Origin: Acidobacteriota bacterium | GTDB taxonomy: Bacteria; Acidobacteriota; Thermoanaerobaculia; Gp7-AA8 | NCBI GenBank assembly: GCA_019244185.1 | Contig: JAFATB010000006.1 | Location: 256,001-320,000, forward strand | Length of the DNA: 64,000 bases | Direction of reading: 5' to 3' | The notes under the pieces: generated by a model | Seen by the model: only the letters and a program-made list of their open reading frames with translations | Told to the model about the DNA's origin: nothing | Database searches by the model: none | Program-made: the position numbers and the translations under genes | Shown: positions 8,201 to 21,820 of the stretch, in pieces | Layout: every line of letters begins with the position of its first letter | Position numbering within the stretch: the first letter of the stretch is position 1

Positions 8201-10583
8201 TGCCATCGACGATCGAAGCGATGATCGCGTCCGCGCGTGCCTCGGGCAATCGCCGCTCGTAGCCCCAGATCCCGTCGAGCCATTCCGTGCCGGTCGTCTT
8301 CTCCTGCGCCTCGCTGATCATGCGCAGCGCCTCGACGACGCCGGGCACGACGTACGTGTGGCCGCGCGGATCGCGCAGCATCGTCCACAGCCAGTCCTGC
8401 ATCGTGCCGAGGTCCGTACGCGCGTGCGCGAGGAGCGCGCCGAGCGCGCGCAGGCGATAGACGACGGCGAGCAGACCGCACGTGGCGAAGAACGAATACG
8501 GTTCGAGCGCGCGCAGCCGCGCACCGAACGACTCTGGATCGCGATCGACCGTGACCACGCCCGGCGCGAGCTCGCCGGCGACTTTCGCGCTGGAGACGAT
8601 GCCGTGCGGGCGGAAGTCGATGAAGCCGTTGACGCTCAGCTGGAACGCGACGAATTCGTCGTAGCTCACGTTGACATTCGCTTTCGCGAAGCTGTCGCGG
8701 AAGATGCGCTGCAGCGCGTCGTCGGTCGCGGCGATGTCGCCGAGCGGCGCGATCCAGAAGCCGCTGCGCGCGACGGCGTTGCCGTCTTCGTCTTCGACGA
8801 CGATCGGCGAGCCGAGCGAGGTCACGGCGAACACCGCTTCGAGCACGACCTTCAGCACCGCGACGTGCGCTTCGTCGCGCGCGCCGAACTGCCCCGGCTC
8901 GACGAGCGGCTTTAGCGCGAGCAGTTGTCCCGGTTTGTCGGCCAGGACCAGCGTGCGCAGATCGCGCGCGAGCGCGTCGAGATCCCACGCCTCGACGTCG
9001 CGGAACGTGAGCGGCCGCGAGTTCTCGAGGAAGAACGCTTTCGGATCGAATGACGCGCGCGGGTACTGCTCGAGCGCGTCCACGTCGAGCGTGCGCAGGC
9101 GGTGCAGGAGGATCAGCAGCGACAGCGTGTGCAACTCGGCCTGATGTTTCGCGGAGCCGAGGTCCTGCAGCGCCATCGGATCGACGCCGCTCAGCTGCAC
9201 GCCGAGGAGCGACGGCTGATAGAGGAAATCGAAGACCGGCTTCACGTTCGCGGTTTCGGTGTAGTAGCAGATGTAGTCGCGGAACCACGGCACGTTCGGG
9301 TCGTCGCCGAGAAGGCCGACGGTGGCGAGGACGTGTCCGAGCTCGGAGACCGACGCGACTTTCATCACGCGATAGAGCGCGTCGGCGTTGGCGACGCTGA
9401 AGAAGCCGTTCTCGCCGCTGCGGATCACGTATTCGGGGAGCAGCTGTTCGCCGCGCTTGAAGTGCAGCGCGCGCGACTTCGCATTCGCGCGTTCGCCGAG
9501 CGGCAGCGTGGCGGGCTTGAAGAGATGAATGAACTGCTTGCGCTCGCGCGCGCCGCGGAAGAGCTCGTGCGGCGCATCGCGCAACGCTTTCACCGCGTCG
9601 CGGTGCAACGGGATCTGCTCGCGCATGCGCACTTCGTCGATGCCGATCGCCGCGGCGGTAACGAGCATGTAGATGCCGTGCTGCGCGTACTCCTTCGTGA
9701 GCTTCTCCGCCTCGATGTGCTTCTGGCGGAGGAACTCGTCGCGCGCGGCGTGCGCGAAGCCGAGGCGCGGGTTCGTCGCGCCGTCCGCGGTCTCGTCGTA
9801 CATGCCGCCGACGCCGGTGGTGTGCGCGACGAGCACGCGCGCGTTCCAGTCGCGATCGACGGCGGCGAGATCGTCCGCGAACGCGGTCTCGAACGCGTCC
9901 TTCATCTGCTGCGTGAAGGTGTCGCCGAGGCCGAGCTCGTTCGCGACGATCGTGAGGCCGCCGGTCTGATACGCGAGGATGCTCGGCAGCGGAAAGCCGA
10001 GCAGCACCGAACGGAACGGCTTCTCGCCGTAGTCGCGCAGGCGCAGCAGACGGTCTTCGAGGAACGACGTGATCGGCCGCGACGCGCGCACGTAACGCAA
10101 CAGCGCCTCGCCGATTTCCTGCTGCGATTGCGTGCGCGCGGTGCCGGCGATGCCGAGAAACTCGTCGACGGCGGCGGCGCGCGAGGCGCGGTCGGCATCG
10201 GTGACGATCTCCAGTCCCGGCACCGGCTTCATCTCGAATTTCGACACGGCCACGTAGACGCCGCCGGGCGAGAGGAAGCCGTGCTCGAAGTGGCGCGGCA
10301 CGGCGTCGGCGCCCCAGCGCGTGCGCGTGTAGCGTTTGAAGCGCGATTCGAACGAGCGCACCTCGTCGTCGCTGCGTCCCGTGACGATGAGCACCGGCAC
10401 GTCGTCGACGGACGCCGGCGGCCGCATGGCCATCATCTCCTCGAACATCGCCACCATCTGCAGCGCCGCGGCGCCGCCGACCGCGCCGGTACCGCCGATG
10501 AACACGTGCACGTCGCGGTAATGGTCGCCCGCGTGCGCCGCCGCGGCGAGGCGCGGGCCGAATCGGGATTTCTTGAATCGCAT
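8172..10583 (-). CDS. Large hypothetical protein with an N-terminal Rossmann-like NAD(P)-binding motif
   Basis: 803-aa ORF with normal coding composition. VHVFIGGTGAVGG follows a beta strand; I recognised no other family. Confidence 0.75.
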   Translation of the reverse strand: MRFKKSRFGPRLAAAAHAGDHYRDVHVFIGGTGAVGGAAALQMVAMFEEMMAMRPPASVDDVPVLIVTGRSDDEVRSFESRFKRYTRTRWGADAVPRHFEHGFLSPGGVYVAVSKFEMKPVPGLEIVTDADRASRAAAVDEFLGIAGTARTQSQQEIGEALLRYVRASRPITSFLEDRLLRLRDYGEKPFRSVLLGFPLPSILAYQTGGLTIVANELGLGDTFTQQMKDAFETAFADDLAAVDRDWNARVLVAHTTGVGGMYDETADGATNPRLGFAHAARDEFLRQKHIEAEKLTKEYAQHGIYMLVTAAAIGIDEVRMREQIPLHRDAVKALRDAPHELFRGARERKQFIHLFKPATLPLGERANAKSRALHFKRGEQLLPEYVIRSGENGFFSVANADALYRVMKVASVSELGHVLATVGLLGDDPNVPWFRDYICYYTETANVKPVFDFLYQPSLLGVQLSGVDPMALQDLGSAKHQAELHTLSLLILLHRLRTLDVDALEQYPRASFDPKAFFLENSRPLTFRDVEAWDLDALARDLRTLVLADKPGQLLALKPLVEPGQFGARDEAHVAVLKVVLEAVFAVTSLGSPIVVEDEDGNAVARSGFWIAPLGDIAATDDALQRIFRDSFAKANVNVSYDEFVAFQLSVNGFIDFRPHGIVSSAKVAGELAPGVVTVDRDPESFGARLRALEPYSFFATCGLLAVVYRLRALGALLAHARTDLGTMQDWLWTMLRDPRGHTYVVPGVVEALRMISEAQEKTTGTEWLDGIWGYERRLPEARADAIIASIVDGTRARDTPSR

Positions 10584-10646
10584 CGCTGCCTGAAGACTAC
10601 CTCAGGCCCGCACGCAATCCCACCGCCTCGGCCCGCCCCCTATCGT

Positions 10647-13042
10647 TTACGCCTGTTCGCGGAGCAACGCCGCCGGCCGCACGGATCGCGCGCGCAGCGA
10701 CGGCAGCGTCGCGGCGAGCAGCGTCGCGATCACGAGCAGAACCATCACGATCGCCGCCGAACGCACGTCGAACGTGGCCGCGCCGTAGACGACGAGCGAC
10801 GCCACGCGCTGCGCGCCGAACGCCAGCGCGAGACCGGCGGCGAGGCCGAGCGCGACGGAGCGCAACGCGCGCTGCACGACCTCGACGACGATCGCGCGCG
10901 GTGTCGCGCCGAACGCGAGCCGCACGCCGATCTCGCGCCTGCGCTTCGCCACCGCGTACGCGGTCATGCCGTAGATGCCGGCCGCGGCGAGCACGAGCGC
11001 GACGAGCGCGAAGCTCGTCAGCAGGACAGCCTGCAAACGGTCGGCGCCGACCGCGGCGTCCATGAGCGTCGACAGCGAGCTCTCGTCCGACGGCGTGAGG
11101 TCGCGGTCGAGCGACCAGACCGCGCGGCGCACGGCATCGCGGTACGAAAGCGGATCGCCATGCGTGCGCACGAGCAGCGTGAGATAGATGTTGTTGTTCT
11201 GCAGGAACGGCGAGTACATCGTCGGCTGCGGCTCGGCGGCGGGACCGTCGTCCTGCACGTCGGCGGCGACGCCGACGATCGTCGAACGTCCGCCGGCGCC
11301 GCGCACGATCGACTGTCCGAGGGCGGACGCGTTGCCAAAGAAGCGTTTCGCGAACGACGCGCTGACGATCGCCACCGGCGGCGCGTCGAGCGTGTCGCCG
11401 TCGTTGAACGCGCGTCCGGCGATGAGCGGGATGCGCATCGTCGCAAAGTACGGCGGCGTGATGCGGCGGAAGTTCGTGGAGATTGGCTCCGGAAAGCGAT
11501 CGGTGGCGAGCATCGTCGACACCGCGCTGCCCGGCGCGAAGTTGCACGTCGTCGTCGCCGCGGACTCGACGCCCGGCACCTGCGCGACGCGCCGCACGAG
11601 CTCGCGCGCGTATGCGGCGCGTCCTTTCTTGTCGTAGCGCGGCGGCAGCACGAGCTGCGAGACGAGCACGTGGTTCGCGTCGAACCCGAGGTGTGTCTGG
11701 CGCAGCTCGCGGAAGCGATGCACGGTGGCCGTCGCTGCGAGCAGCAGCGGCACCGCGAGCGCGACCTGCACGACGATGAACAGCTCGCGCAGCCGCGTGC
11801 CGCGCACGCTCGACGACGCACGCGTGCCCTGTTCGCGCAGCGCGTTCGTCAGCGCCGTGCGCGTCTCCAGCAGCGCCGGCACGAGTGCGACGACGACGCC
11901 CGTCACGATCGCGAGCGCGAACAGAAACAGCGGCAGGAACCACGCGCCCTCGACCGGCGTCGTGAGCGAGTCATCGAACTGCCGCAACAGCACGAGACGC
12001 AACGCGAGCGCGCCGAGCACGAGGCCGGCCACTCCGCCCGCGAGCGACGTGAGCAGACTCTCGATGAGCCGGTAGCGGAGGATGTGCGCGCGGCCGGCGC
12101 CGAGGACGAGCCGCAACGCCGTGAGCCCGCGCTCGTCCGCGATCTGCACGGAGAGCAGGCTGCCGACGTTGACGCACGCGAGCACGTGCACGAGCGCGAC
12201 CATCAGCCAGAGCACGATGAGCGCGTGGCGGCGGTCGCCGAACGCGGCGTCGCGCAGCGAGCGCACCGCGGCGGTCCAATGCTGCTGCGAGTCGGGAAAC
12301 TCGATCGCCAGCTGCGCGCTGATCCGCCGCAGCTCCGCTTCTCCCTGCTTCGGCGTGACACCATCGCGCAAACGCCCGAAGACGGTGTAGCCGCGCGCGT
12401 TGTGCGCCGGCATGTTCGCGGGACTGAAGCCGTTCGGCACGAAGAGGTCGGGCCGCGGCGCGATCGCGGCGATCTCGAAGGTCTCCGGCATCACGCCCAC
12501 GATCGACAGCGGTTGTCCGTCGACGACGATCGTACGTCCGATGACGCGCGGGTCGCCGCCGAAGCGCCGCCGCCACAAGCCGTACGACAACATCGCCACG
12601 CGCGGCGTCACCGTGTTCTCCTCCGGAACGAAGTCGCGGCCGAGCATGGGACGCACCTGAAAGAGCCGGAAGATGCCGATGGTGACGTTCGCGCCGTGGA
12701 TGCTCTCCGGATCGCCGCTGCCGCGCACCGTCATCGACACCGGCCGCGCGGCCTCGATCGCGGAGAACTGCGACGAACGCCGCTGCCACTGCACGATCTC
12801 CACGCTGCCGGAGGGAAACTTCTCTTCGGTTTTGTCCGGGCTGATGAACGACGATGCGATCGCCAGCAAACGATCCGCGCGCGGATAGCGCAGCGGCCGC
12901 AGGAGCGTGCGGCCGATGACGGTGAAGACGGCCACGTTCGCGCCGATGCTGAGCGCGAGGATCGTCGCGGCCACGACGGGGACGAGCGGGCGGCGGCGGA
13001 AAGCGGCGACGATCGCGCGCAGCTCGTGCGCGAGGAGCGCGC

Positions 13043-13046
<4 letters not shown>
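10647..13046 (-). CDS. ABC transporter permease, duplicated MacB-PCD/FtsX (ADOP-type)
   Basis: LALSIGANVAVF...LRPLRYP, ACVNV, VVQVALAVPLL and RRREIGVRLAFGA; two-fold internal architecture. Confidence 0.9.
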
Positions 13047-13749
<703 letters not shown>

Positions 13750-13753
<4 letters not shown>

Positions 13754-15021
13754 GGTCTGGCCTCCTGGTCGGTGATGGCGATGCGATCGAAACGGTCGAA
13801 CGCAGAGGTATCGGAGAGGATCACGCGATCGCCGGGCGCGAGGCCGCCGAGGACTTCGATCGCGTTGAAAGACATGCGGCCGGTGCGGACGGACGTGCGC
13901 ACGGCGGTCGTGCCGTCGGGCGCGAGCCGGAAGAGCATCAGCGTACCCTTCGCGTCGGCCTGCACGGGACGTCCCACGAAGACGGCGTTCGCGATGGTGG
14001 CAACGTCGATCGTGGCGTCGACGGAGAGATCCGGCCGCGCGCCGGACGGCAGCTCGCGCGGCAACGCGACGTCGACGGTCACGCTGCCGTTGTGCACGGA
14101 AGGATCGATGCGCGCGACGGTGCCGCGCACGATGCCGGTGTGCACGTCGACGTCGACCGCTTGTCCCGCGGCGAGCTGCGACGCCTGCACTTCCGACACC
14201 TGGATGACCGCCTTGAGCGGGAACGGCGCGGCGACGCGCGCGAGCACCGCGCCGGCATTCACGCGCTGCCCCGGCTCGACCGCGACTTCCTGCACGATGC
14301 CGGCGCGGCCGGCGCGCACGTGCAAACCGTCGCGTTGCTGATGCCGGAGCGCGACCAGCGCGCGCAGCTGCTCGACGCGCGCGGCCGCCGCGGCGACTTC
14401 GGTCTCCCGGCTCTCGCGCGCGAGCCGCAGACGCTTGTCCTCGACCGCGACGCGCGTGGCCAGCTGCGCCTCGCGCCCGCGCGAGAACTTCAGCGTCAGC
14501 GCGGAGATGAGCCCCGCTTTGGCCAGCTCGTCGTCGGCCGTCGCACGCAGCCGCGCCTCCTCGGCATCCGCGCGTGCCGCGGCGTCGAGCGCCTCCTGCG
14601 TCAGCAGCGCGCTCTCGACCTGATTGCGGCGGTTGTTGCACTCCGCCTCCGCCGCGCGCAGTTGCAGTTCGGCGTCGACGGCGGCCTGCTGCAGCTCCGG
14701 ATTCTGGATGTCGAGCAGCACGCTGTCATCGCGCACCGGCGCGCCAGGCAGCACGAGCACGCGCTCGACGCGCCCGTCCGCCGCCGCGGCGATCCACTGC
14801 ACGTTCTCCGGCGCGAGCACGCCGGAGCCGTGAATCTGGATGCGCAGCGTGCCGCGGCGAACGGTGTCGATCCACGCCTGAGAGCGGCCGAGCGACGGCA
14901 CCGCCGGTTTCTGCCGCGACAGCGCGACGCCGGCCACCGCGACGAGCACGAGAACGAATGCGAGTTGCACGGCCAGGCGACGCCGCCTGCCGGCCGGATC
15001 CGATTTGCGAACGATGTCCAT
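13750..15021 (-). CDS. Efflux periplasmic adaptor (HlyD/MFP) subunit
   Basis: MDIVR start, one TM helix, DTVRRG, lipoyl-like halves flanking a coiled coil, and GLAPGDRVILSD. Confidence 0.88.
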
Positions 15022-15083
15022 GAGATGCGCCGAAGATACGGGCGCGCGCTTCACAAATCCAACGCATCGTTCGCATTGACTTC

Positions 15084-15098
15084 ATGAACGACGGTCAT
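15084..15098. promoter_or_regulatory. LysR (MetR-type) recognition site for the efflux operon or autoregulation
   Basis: ATGAA-CGACG-GTCAT is close to TGAA-N5-TTCA and lies about 64 bp upstream of the adaptor ATG. Confidence 0.5.
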
Positions 15099-15112
15099 GC
15101 ATGCTGCGGCGC

Positions 15113-16090
15113 ATGAGCGAAGCCGAAACTCCCCCATCGCGCGGCCCGCGCGTGCTCGAAGTCCGCCATCTGCAGCTGATCGCCGCCATCGTGGACGAGG
15201 GAAACCTCACGCGCGCCGGCGAGCGCCTGCACCTCACACAATCGGCCCTCAGCCATCAGCTGCTGCAGCTCGAGGAACGCCTCGGCACGAAGGTCTTCCA
15301 TCGCATCCAGAAACGCCTCGCGCTCAACGACGCCGGGCAGCGCCTGCTCGCCACCGCGCGCGAAGTCCTCGGCAAGCTCGCGCAGGCCGAAGACGACCTC
15401 CGCCTCTTCGCCGACGACCGCCGCGGCACCATCCGCCTCACCACGGAGTGCTACACCGTCTACCACTGGCTGCCGAGCGTGATGAAGCGGTTCGCGAAAC
15501 GCTATCCGGACGTGGAGATCCGCATCGAGGTCGACGCGACGAACGCGCCGTTCGACGCGCTGCTGGCCGGCGTCGTCGACGTCGCATTCGTGACCACGGA
15601 GACGGCGCCGCGCGGCATCGCCACCGAGCCGCTGTTCGACGACGAGATGCACGTCATCGTCGCGCCGGAGCATCCGTTCGCGTCGAAGCCGTACGTCACG
15701 TGCGTGCAGCTCGCCGCGGAGACGCTGCTCACGTACTCGACGTTGCGCGGGAATCTCGTCTACGAACGCCTGCTCCGCCCCGCCGGCCTGGAGCCGAAGA
15801 AGCACCTGCAGGTGCAGCTGACCGAGGCGCTGATCGAGCTCGTGAAAGCACACGTGGGTGTGGCGGTGATGGCGCAGTGGGCGGTCGCGCCGTACGTGAA
15901 GTCGGGCGCGGTGATCGCCGTTCCGCTGACGCGGCGCGGCGTCGTGCGGCACTGGCAGGCCGCGCGGCTCGAGTCGCGGACTTTCCCGCGCTTCGTGCGG
16001 TCGTTCGTCGATCTCGTCGCCGCGGAAGGGCCGCACGCGCAGAAGCTCGCCATCGCGCTGCCCGAGTCGCGGCCGCGCGCGTCGCGCTGA
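15113..16090 (+). CDS. LysR family transcriptional regulator (MetR-like effector domain)
   Basis: HTH NLTRAGERLHLTQSALSHQLLQLEERLG; TTECYTVYHWLP resembles the MetR ECH.C..WL segment. Confidence 0.9.
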   Translation: MSEAETPPSRGPRVLEVRHLQLIAAIVDEGNLTRAGERLHLTQSALSHQLLQLEERLGTKVFHRIQKRLALNDAGQRLLATAREVLGKLAQAEDDLRLFADDRRGTIRLTTECYTVYHWLPSVMKRFAKRYPDVEIRIEVDATNAPFDALLAGVVDVAFVTTETAPRGIATEPLFDDEMHVIVAPEHPFASKPYVTCVQLAAETLLTYSTLRGNLVYERLLRPAGLEPKKHLQVQLTEALIELVKAHVGVAVMAQWAVAPYVKSGAVIAVPLTRRGVVRHWQAARLESRTFPRFVRSFVDLVAAEGPHAQKLAIALPESRPRASR

Positions 16091-16100
16091 ACGCGCTTCA
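16088..16100. promoter_or_regulatory. LysR (MetR-type) box upstream of the reductase-hydrolase pair
   Basis: Perfect TGAA-CGCGC-TTCA overlaps the LysR stop codon, 58 bp upstream of ATG 16159. Confidence 0.55.
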
Positions 16101-16158
16101 TCGCATCGATGCAAAGTCCGCGGTGTTCGGCGCTCGCGAAGTACGCGACACTGCGCGC

Positions 16159-16797
16159 ATGCAGGTTGCGGTCGTCGGTTCCGGACGGATGGGCATGGCC
16201 ATGGGTCTCGCGTTGTCGCGCATCGGCGACGACGTGCGTTTCACCTCGCGCGACCCGGCGCGCGTGGCCGCGGCGCTCCGCGCGCGCGGCGCCGACCTCC
16301 CCGCCGGACCGCAACGCGACGCGTGCGACGCGGAGCTGATCGTGCTCGCGACCGGTTGGGCGGAGACGCGCGCGGCGCTCGAGGCCGCGTCGCCGCGCGA
16401 CGGCACGATCGTGCTGACGTGCGTCAATCCGGAGCCGGAGGACCTGCCGCTCGCGGGCGCGCGCGTCACGTCGGCAGCCGAGGAGATCGCGCGGTGGGCG
16501 CCGCGTACGAGAGTCGTGGAAGCGTTCAACATGGTCTACGCGGAAGCGGTGGATCTCGCGCCGCACGGTGCGCCCGCGCAGACGGTGCTCTACTGCGGCG
16601 ACGATGCCGACGCGCGCGCTGCCGTCGCCGACCGCATCCGCCGCCTCGGCTTCGACGCGCTCGACGCCGGCCCGCTGACGAACGCGCGCGAGCTCGAGGC
16701 AACCTCGCGGCTGCTCGTCTACCTCGTGCGCGTCGCCGGCTACGGGCCGCTCGGCATTCATCCGCGCTGGATCAGGCTAAGCTCACCGCATGACTAA
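16159..16797 (+). CDS. NADP oxidoreductase, F420-dependent-like (F420_oxidored family)
   Basis: MQVAVVGSGRMG, TCVNP, SAAEEIA, VVEAFN, CGDDADA and GFDALDAGPL.NARELE. Confidence 0.85.
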   Translation: MQVAVVGSGRMGMAMGLALSRIGDDVRFTSRDPARVAAALRARGADLPAGPQRDACDAELIVLATGWAETRAALEAASPRDGTIVLTCVNPEPEDLPLAGARVTSAAEEIARWAPRTRVVEAFNMVYAEAVDLAPHGAPAQTVLYCGDDADARAAVADRIRRLGFDALDAGPLTNARELEATSRLLVYLVRVAGYGPLGIHPRWIRLSSPHD

Positions 16798-18022
16798 GCG
16801 TTTCCTCGCATCGCTCGCGTTCGCGTTCCTCGCGTTGCAGATCGCCGCGGCGGACGCGGTCAAACCGCAAACGCTGCCGCCGTGGACGCGCGGAACGTTG
16901 GATATCCATCAAATCAGCACCGGCCGCGGGAACTCCGCGTTTCTCGTCCTGCCGGACGGCACGACGCTGCTGATCGACGCGGGCGCGGCGGGCGACGGCA
17001 CGACGGTGCCGGACAGCGAGCCGCGTCCCGCCGCCGCGCATTCGGCCGGCGCCGCGATCGTCGCCTACATCCACCGCCTCCTCGGCGACGACGCGCACAT
17101 CGACTATGCCGTGCTCACGCACTACCACGCCGATCACATGGGACAGGTCACGGCGTCGAGCGCGACGTCCGCGAGCGGCGCGTATCGCCTCAGCGGAATC
17201 ACGGAAGTGGGCGACCGGCTGCGGATCGGAACTCTCATCGATCGCGGCGACGCGTTTCTTCCGCCGTCTGCGGACGACGCGACCTTCGCGAATTACCACG
17301 CGTTCCTCAGCGAGCAGACGCGGACGCACGCGCTGCACCGCGAGACGCTGCGCGTCGGACGCGCCGATCAGATCGTGCTGCGCCGCGCGGCGTCGGAGTT
17401 CCCGACGTTCGAGGTGCGCAACGTCGCCGCGAACGGCGACGTCTGGACCGGCACGCGCGACGAGGTGCGCCACATCTTTCCGGCGCTCGATTCGTTGTCC
17501 GCCGAAGACCGGCCATCCGAGAACATGTGCAGCATCGGCCTGCGCATCCGCTACGGACGTTTCGACTGGTTCAGCGGCGGCGACATGCCGGGCGTTCCCG
17601 ACGCGGGCGCGCCGGCCTGGCAGTCGGTCGAGAGCGCGGTCGCGAAAGCGATCGGCCCGACGGACGTGCACGTCGTCAACCACCACGGCTCGATCGATCC
17701 GGAGAGCGCGGAGTTCCTGCAGACGCTGCGCTCGCGCGTCATGATCCTGCCCGCGTGGTCGGCCACGCATCCGTCGCAGGACGTGCTCAAGCGGATGCTC
17801 AGCACGCGCCTCTATCCCGCGCCGCACGACGTCTTCGTCACCACGCTGCGCGCGCCGACCGCGGCCAGCATCGGCAGCCGCGTCTCGCAGCTGAAGGCGC
17901 AGCACGGCCACATCGTCGTGCGCGTGGCGCCGGGCGGCGCGACGTACAGCGTGTACGTGCTCGACGACATCGACGACGACGGCGCGGTGGTGGCGACGTT
18001 CGGACCGTACACGTCGGAGTAG
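16790..18022 (+). CDS. Secreted metallo-beta-lactamase-fold hydrolase (ComEC/Rec2-like)
   Basis: Signal peptide, LLIDAG, THYHADH (HxHxDH), GGD and NHHGS. Confidence 0.85.
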   Translation: MTKRFLASLAFAFLALQIAAADAVKPQTLPPWTRGTLDIHQISTGRGNSAFLVLPDGTTLLIDAGAAGDGTTVPDSEPRPAAAHSAGAAIVAYIHRLLGDDAHIDYAVLTHYHADHMGQVTASSATSASGAYRLSGITEVGDRLRIGTLIDRGDAFLPPSADDATFANYHAFLSEQTRTHALHRETLRVGRADQIVLRRAASEFPTFEVRNVAANGDVWTGTRDEVRHIFPALDSLSAEDRPSENMCSIGLRIRYGRFDWFSGGDMPGVPDAGAPAWQSVESAVAKAIGPTDVHVVNHHGSIDPESAEFLQTLRSRVMILPAWSATHPSQDVLKRMLSTRLYPAPHDVFVTTLRAPTAASIGSRVSQLKAQHGHIVVRVAPGGATYSVYVLDDIDDDGAVVATFGPYTSE

Positions 18023-18586
18023 CTACCGCAGCGACAGCGTGCAATCCCAGCGGCGCCCGCCGTCGTCGCAGTGCAGCGTCGCGTCGAACGGCGCGAGCGA
18101 GGTGATCTCGAGCCCGTCCCACGGCACCTCGCCGCGCGCGGCGATCACGCGGCGCGTCGGTCCCGCGGCCTCTTTCACGACGTGCGCGAAGCCGCGGCCG
18201 GTGAAGCAGCTCTGCAGCACGATCGTGGCGTCGGGCGCGAGCGCGTCGAAGAACGCCGCGAGCCGCGCGCGCGCCGTTGCGTCGAGCGTGCGGACGTCGC
18301 GCGAGGCGAGATGCATCGAGAACGGATCGCCGTGTGCCGAGATCACGAGCAGCTTCGCATCGCGGACGTCGATGGCGAAGAGCTCGTCCGCCGTCGCGAC
18401 CTGCTCGTGACGCTCGACATGGAACGCACGCGCGACGCGCGCGAGCAGCTCGCGCTGGTGCGACGTGTAGAAGACGCGGCGAAACAGAGACCGCTCGCGC
18501 GGATAGACGAAGACCGCGCGAGCGCGCGGCGAGTGCGCGGACGGCGCGTACAGCAAGGCGACGGCGAGGAGAAGTCGCGCGAGCAT
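18023..18586 (-). CDS. Secreted protein with a caspase/CHAT-like (clan CD) His-Cys dyad
   Basis: The signal-like MLARLLLAVALL is followed by LLVISAHG...IVLQSCFTG. Confidence 0.6.
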   Translation of the reverse strand: MLARLLLAVALLYAPSAHSPRARAVFVYPRERSLFRRVFYTSHQRELLARVARAFHVERHEQVATADELFAIDVRDAKLLVISAHGDPFSMHLASRDVRTLDATARARLAAFFDALAPDATIVLQSCFTGRGFAHVVKEAAGPTRRVIAARGEVPWDGLEITSLAPFDATLHCDDGGRRWDCTLSLR

Positions 18587-18694
18587 GGGAACCGGTTTTG
18601 GACCGCGCCGATTGTAGCGCTCTCGACCGCAACGTCGCCGCCTCGCGCGCGTCGTTGGTACCACCACCACCCGCACTTGCGGTAGATTGCTCGG

Positions 18695-19318
18695 GTGACG
18701 CTCCCCGATTTCGACAGCACGCAGACCTCGCGCGTCCGGCTCCTCACCGCCGGCCGCACGCTGTTCGCGCGCAACGGCTACGAGCAGACCTCCACCGCCG
18801 CGATCGCGCGCGCGTCGGGCAGTTCCGAGTCGCAGCTGATCCGCTATTTCGGCGGAAAGGCGGGGCTTCTCGAGGCGATCTTCAACGACGCGTGGACCGC
18901 GCTCAACGACGCCGTCGCGCACCAGCTCGACGACGCCGCGCATGGCCGCGAAGTCATCCTGCGCCTCCTCGGCACGATGATCCAGGCGCTCAGCCGCGAC
19001 CACGACATCGCCTTCCTCTTCCTCTTCGAAGGGCGGCGCATGCGCGGCGGCTCGCAGGAAGTGCAGCTCTCCGACGGCTTCCAGAAGTTCATGCAGTTCG
19101 TCGGCAAGGCCATCGACCGCGGGCAGGAGGACGGCTCGTTCCGCACCGACATCGCTCCGCAAGTCCTTTGTTCCGCCATGTTGGGATGTGCGGAAGGAAT
19201 GATCCGCGACCGCATCATGTCCGAGCGCGCGAACCATCCGCATACGCTCGACGACGAGGCGATCCTGAAGACGTTCACGGCCATGGTGAACGGGCTCGCG
19301 CCCGCGGGCAGCGCGTAG
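18695..19318 (+). CDS. TetR/AcrR family transcriptional regulator
   Basis: LFARNGYEQTSTAAIARASGSSESQLIRYFGGKAGLL. Confidence 0.9.
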   Translation: MTLPDFDSTQTSRVRLLTAGRTLFARNGYEQTSTAAIARASGSSESQLIRYFGGKAGLLEAIFNDAWTALNDAVAHQLDDAAHGREVILRLLGTMIQALSRDHDIAFLFLFEGRRMRGGSQEVQLSDGFQKFMQFVGKAIDRGQEDGSFRTDIAPQVLCSAMLGCAEGMIRDRIMSERANHPHTLDDEAILKTFTAMVNGLAPAGSA

Positions 19319-19328
19319 TCGCCGACGG

Positions 19329-21797
<2,469 letters not shown>

Positions 21798-21820
21798 TGC
21801 GAACCTGCAACATTGTAATC

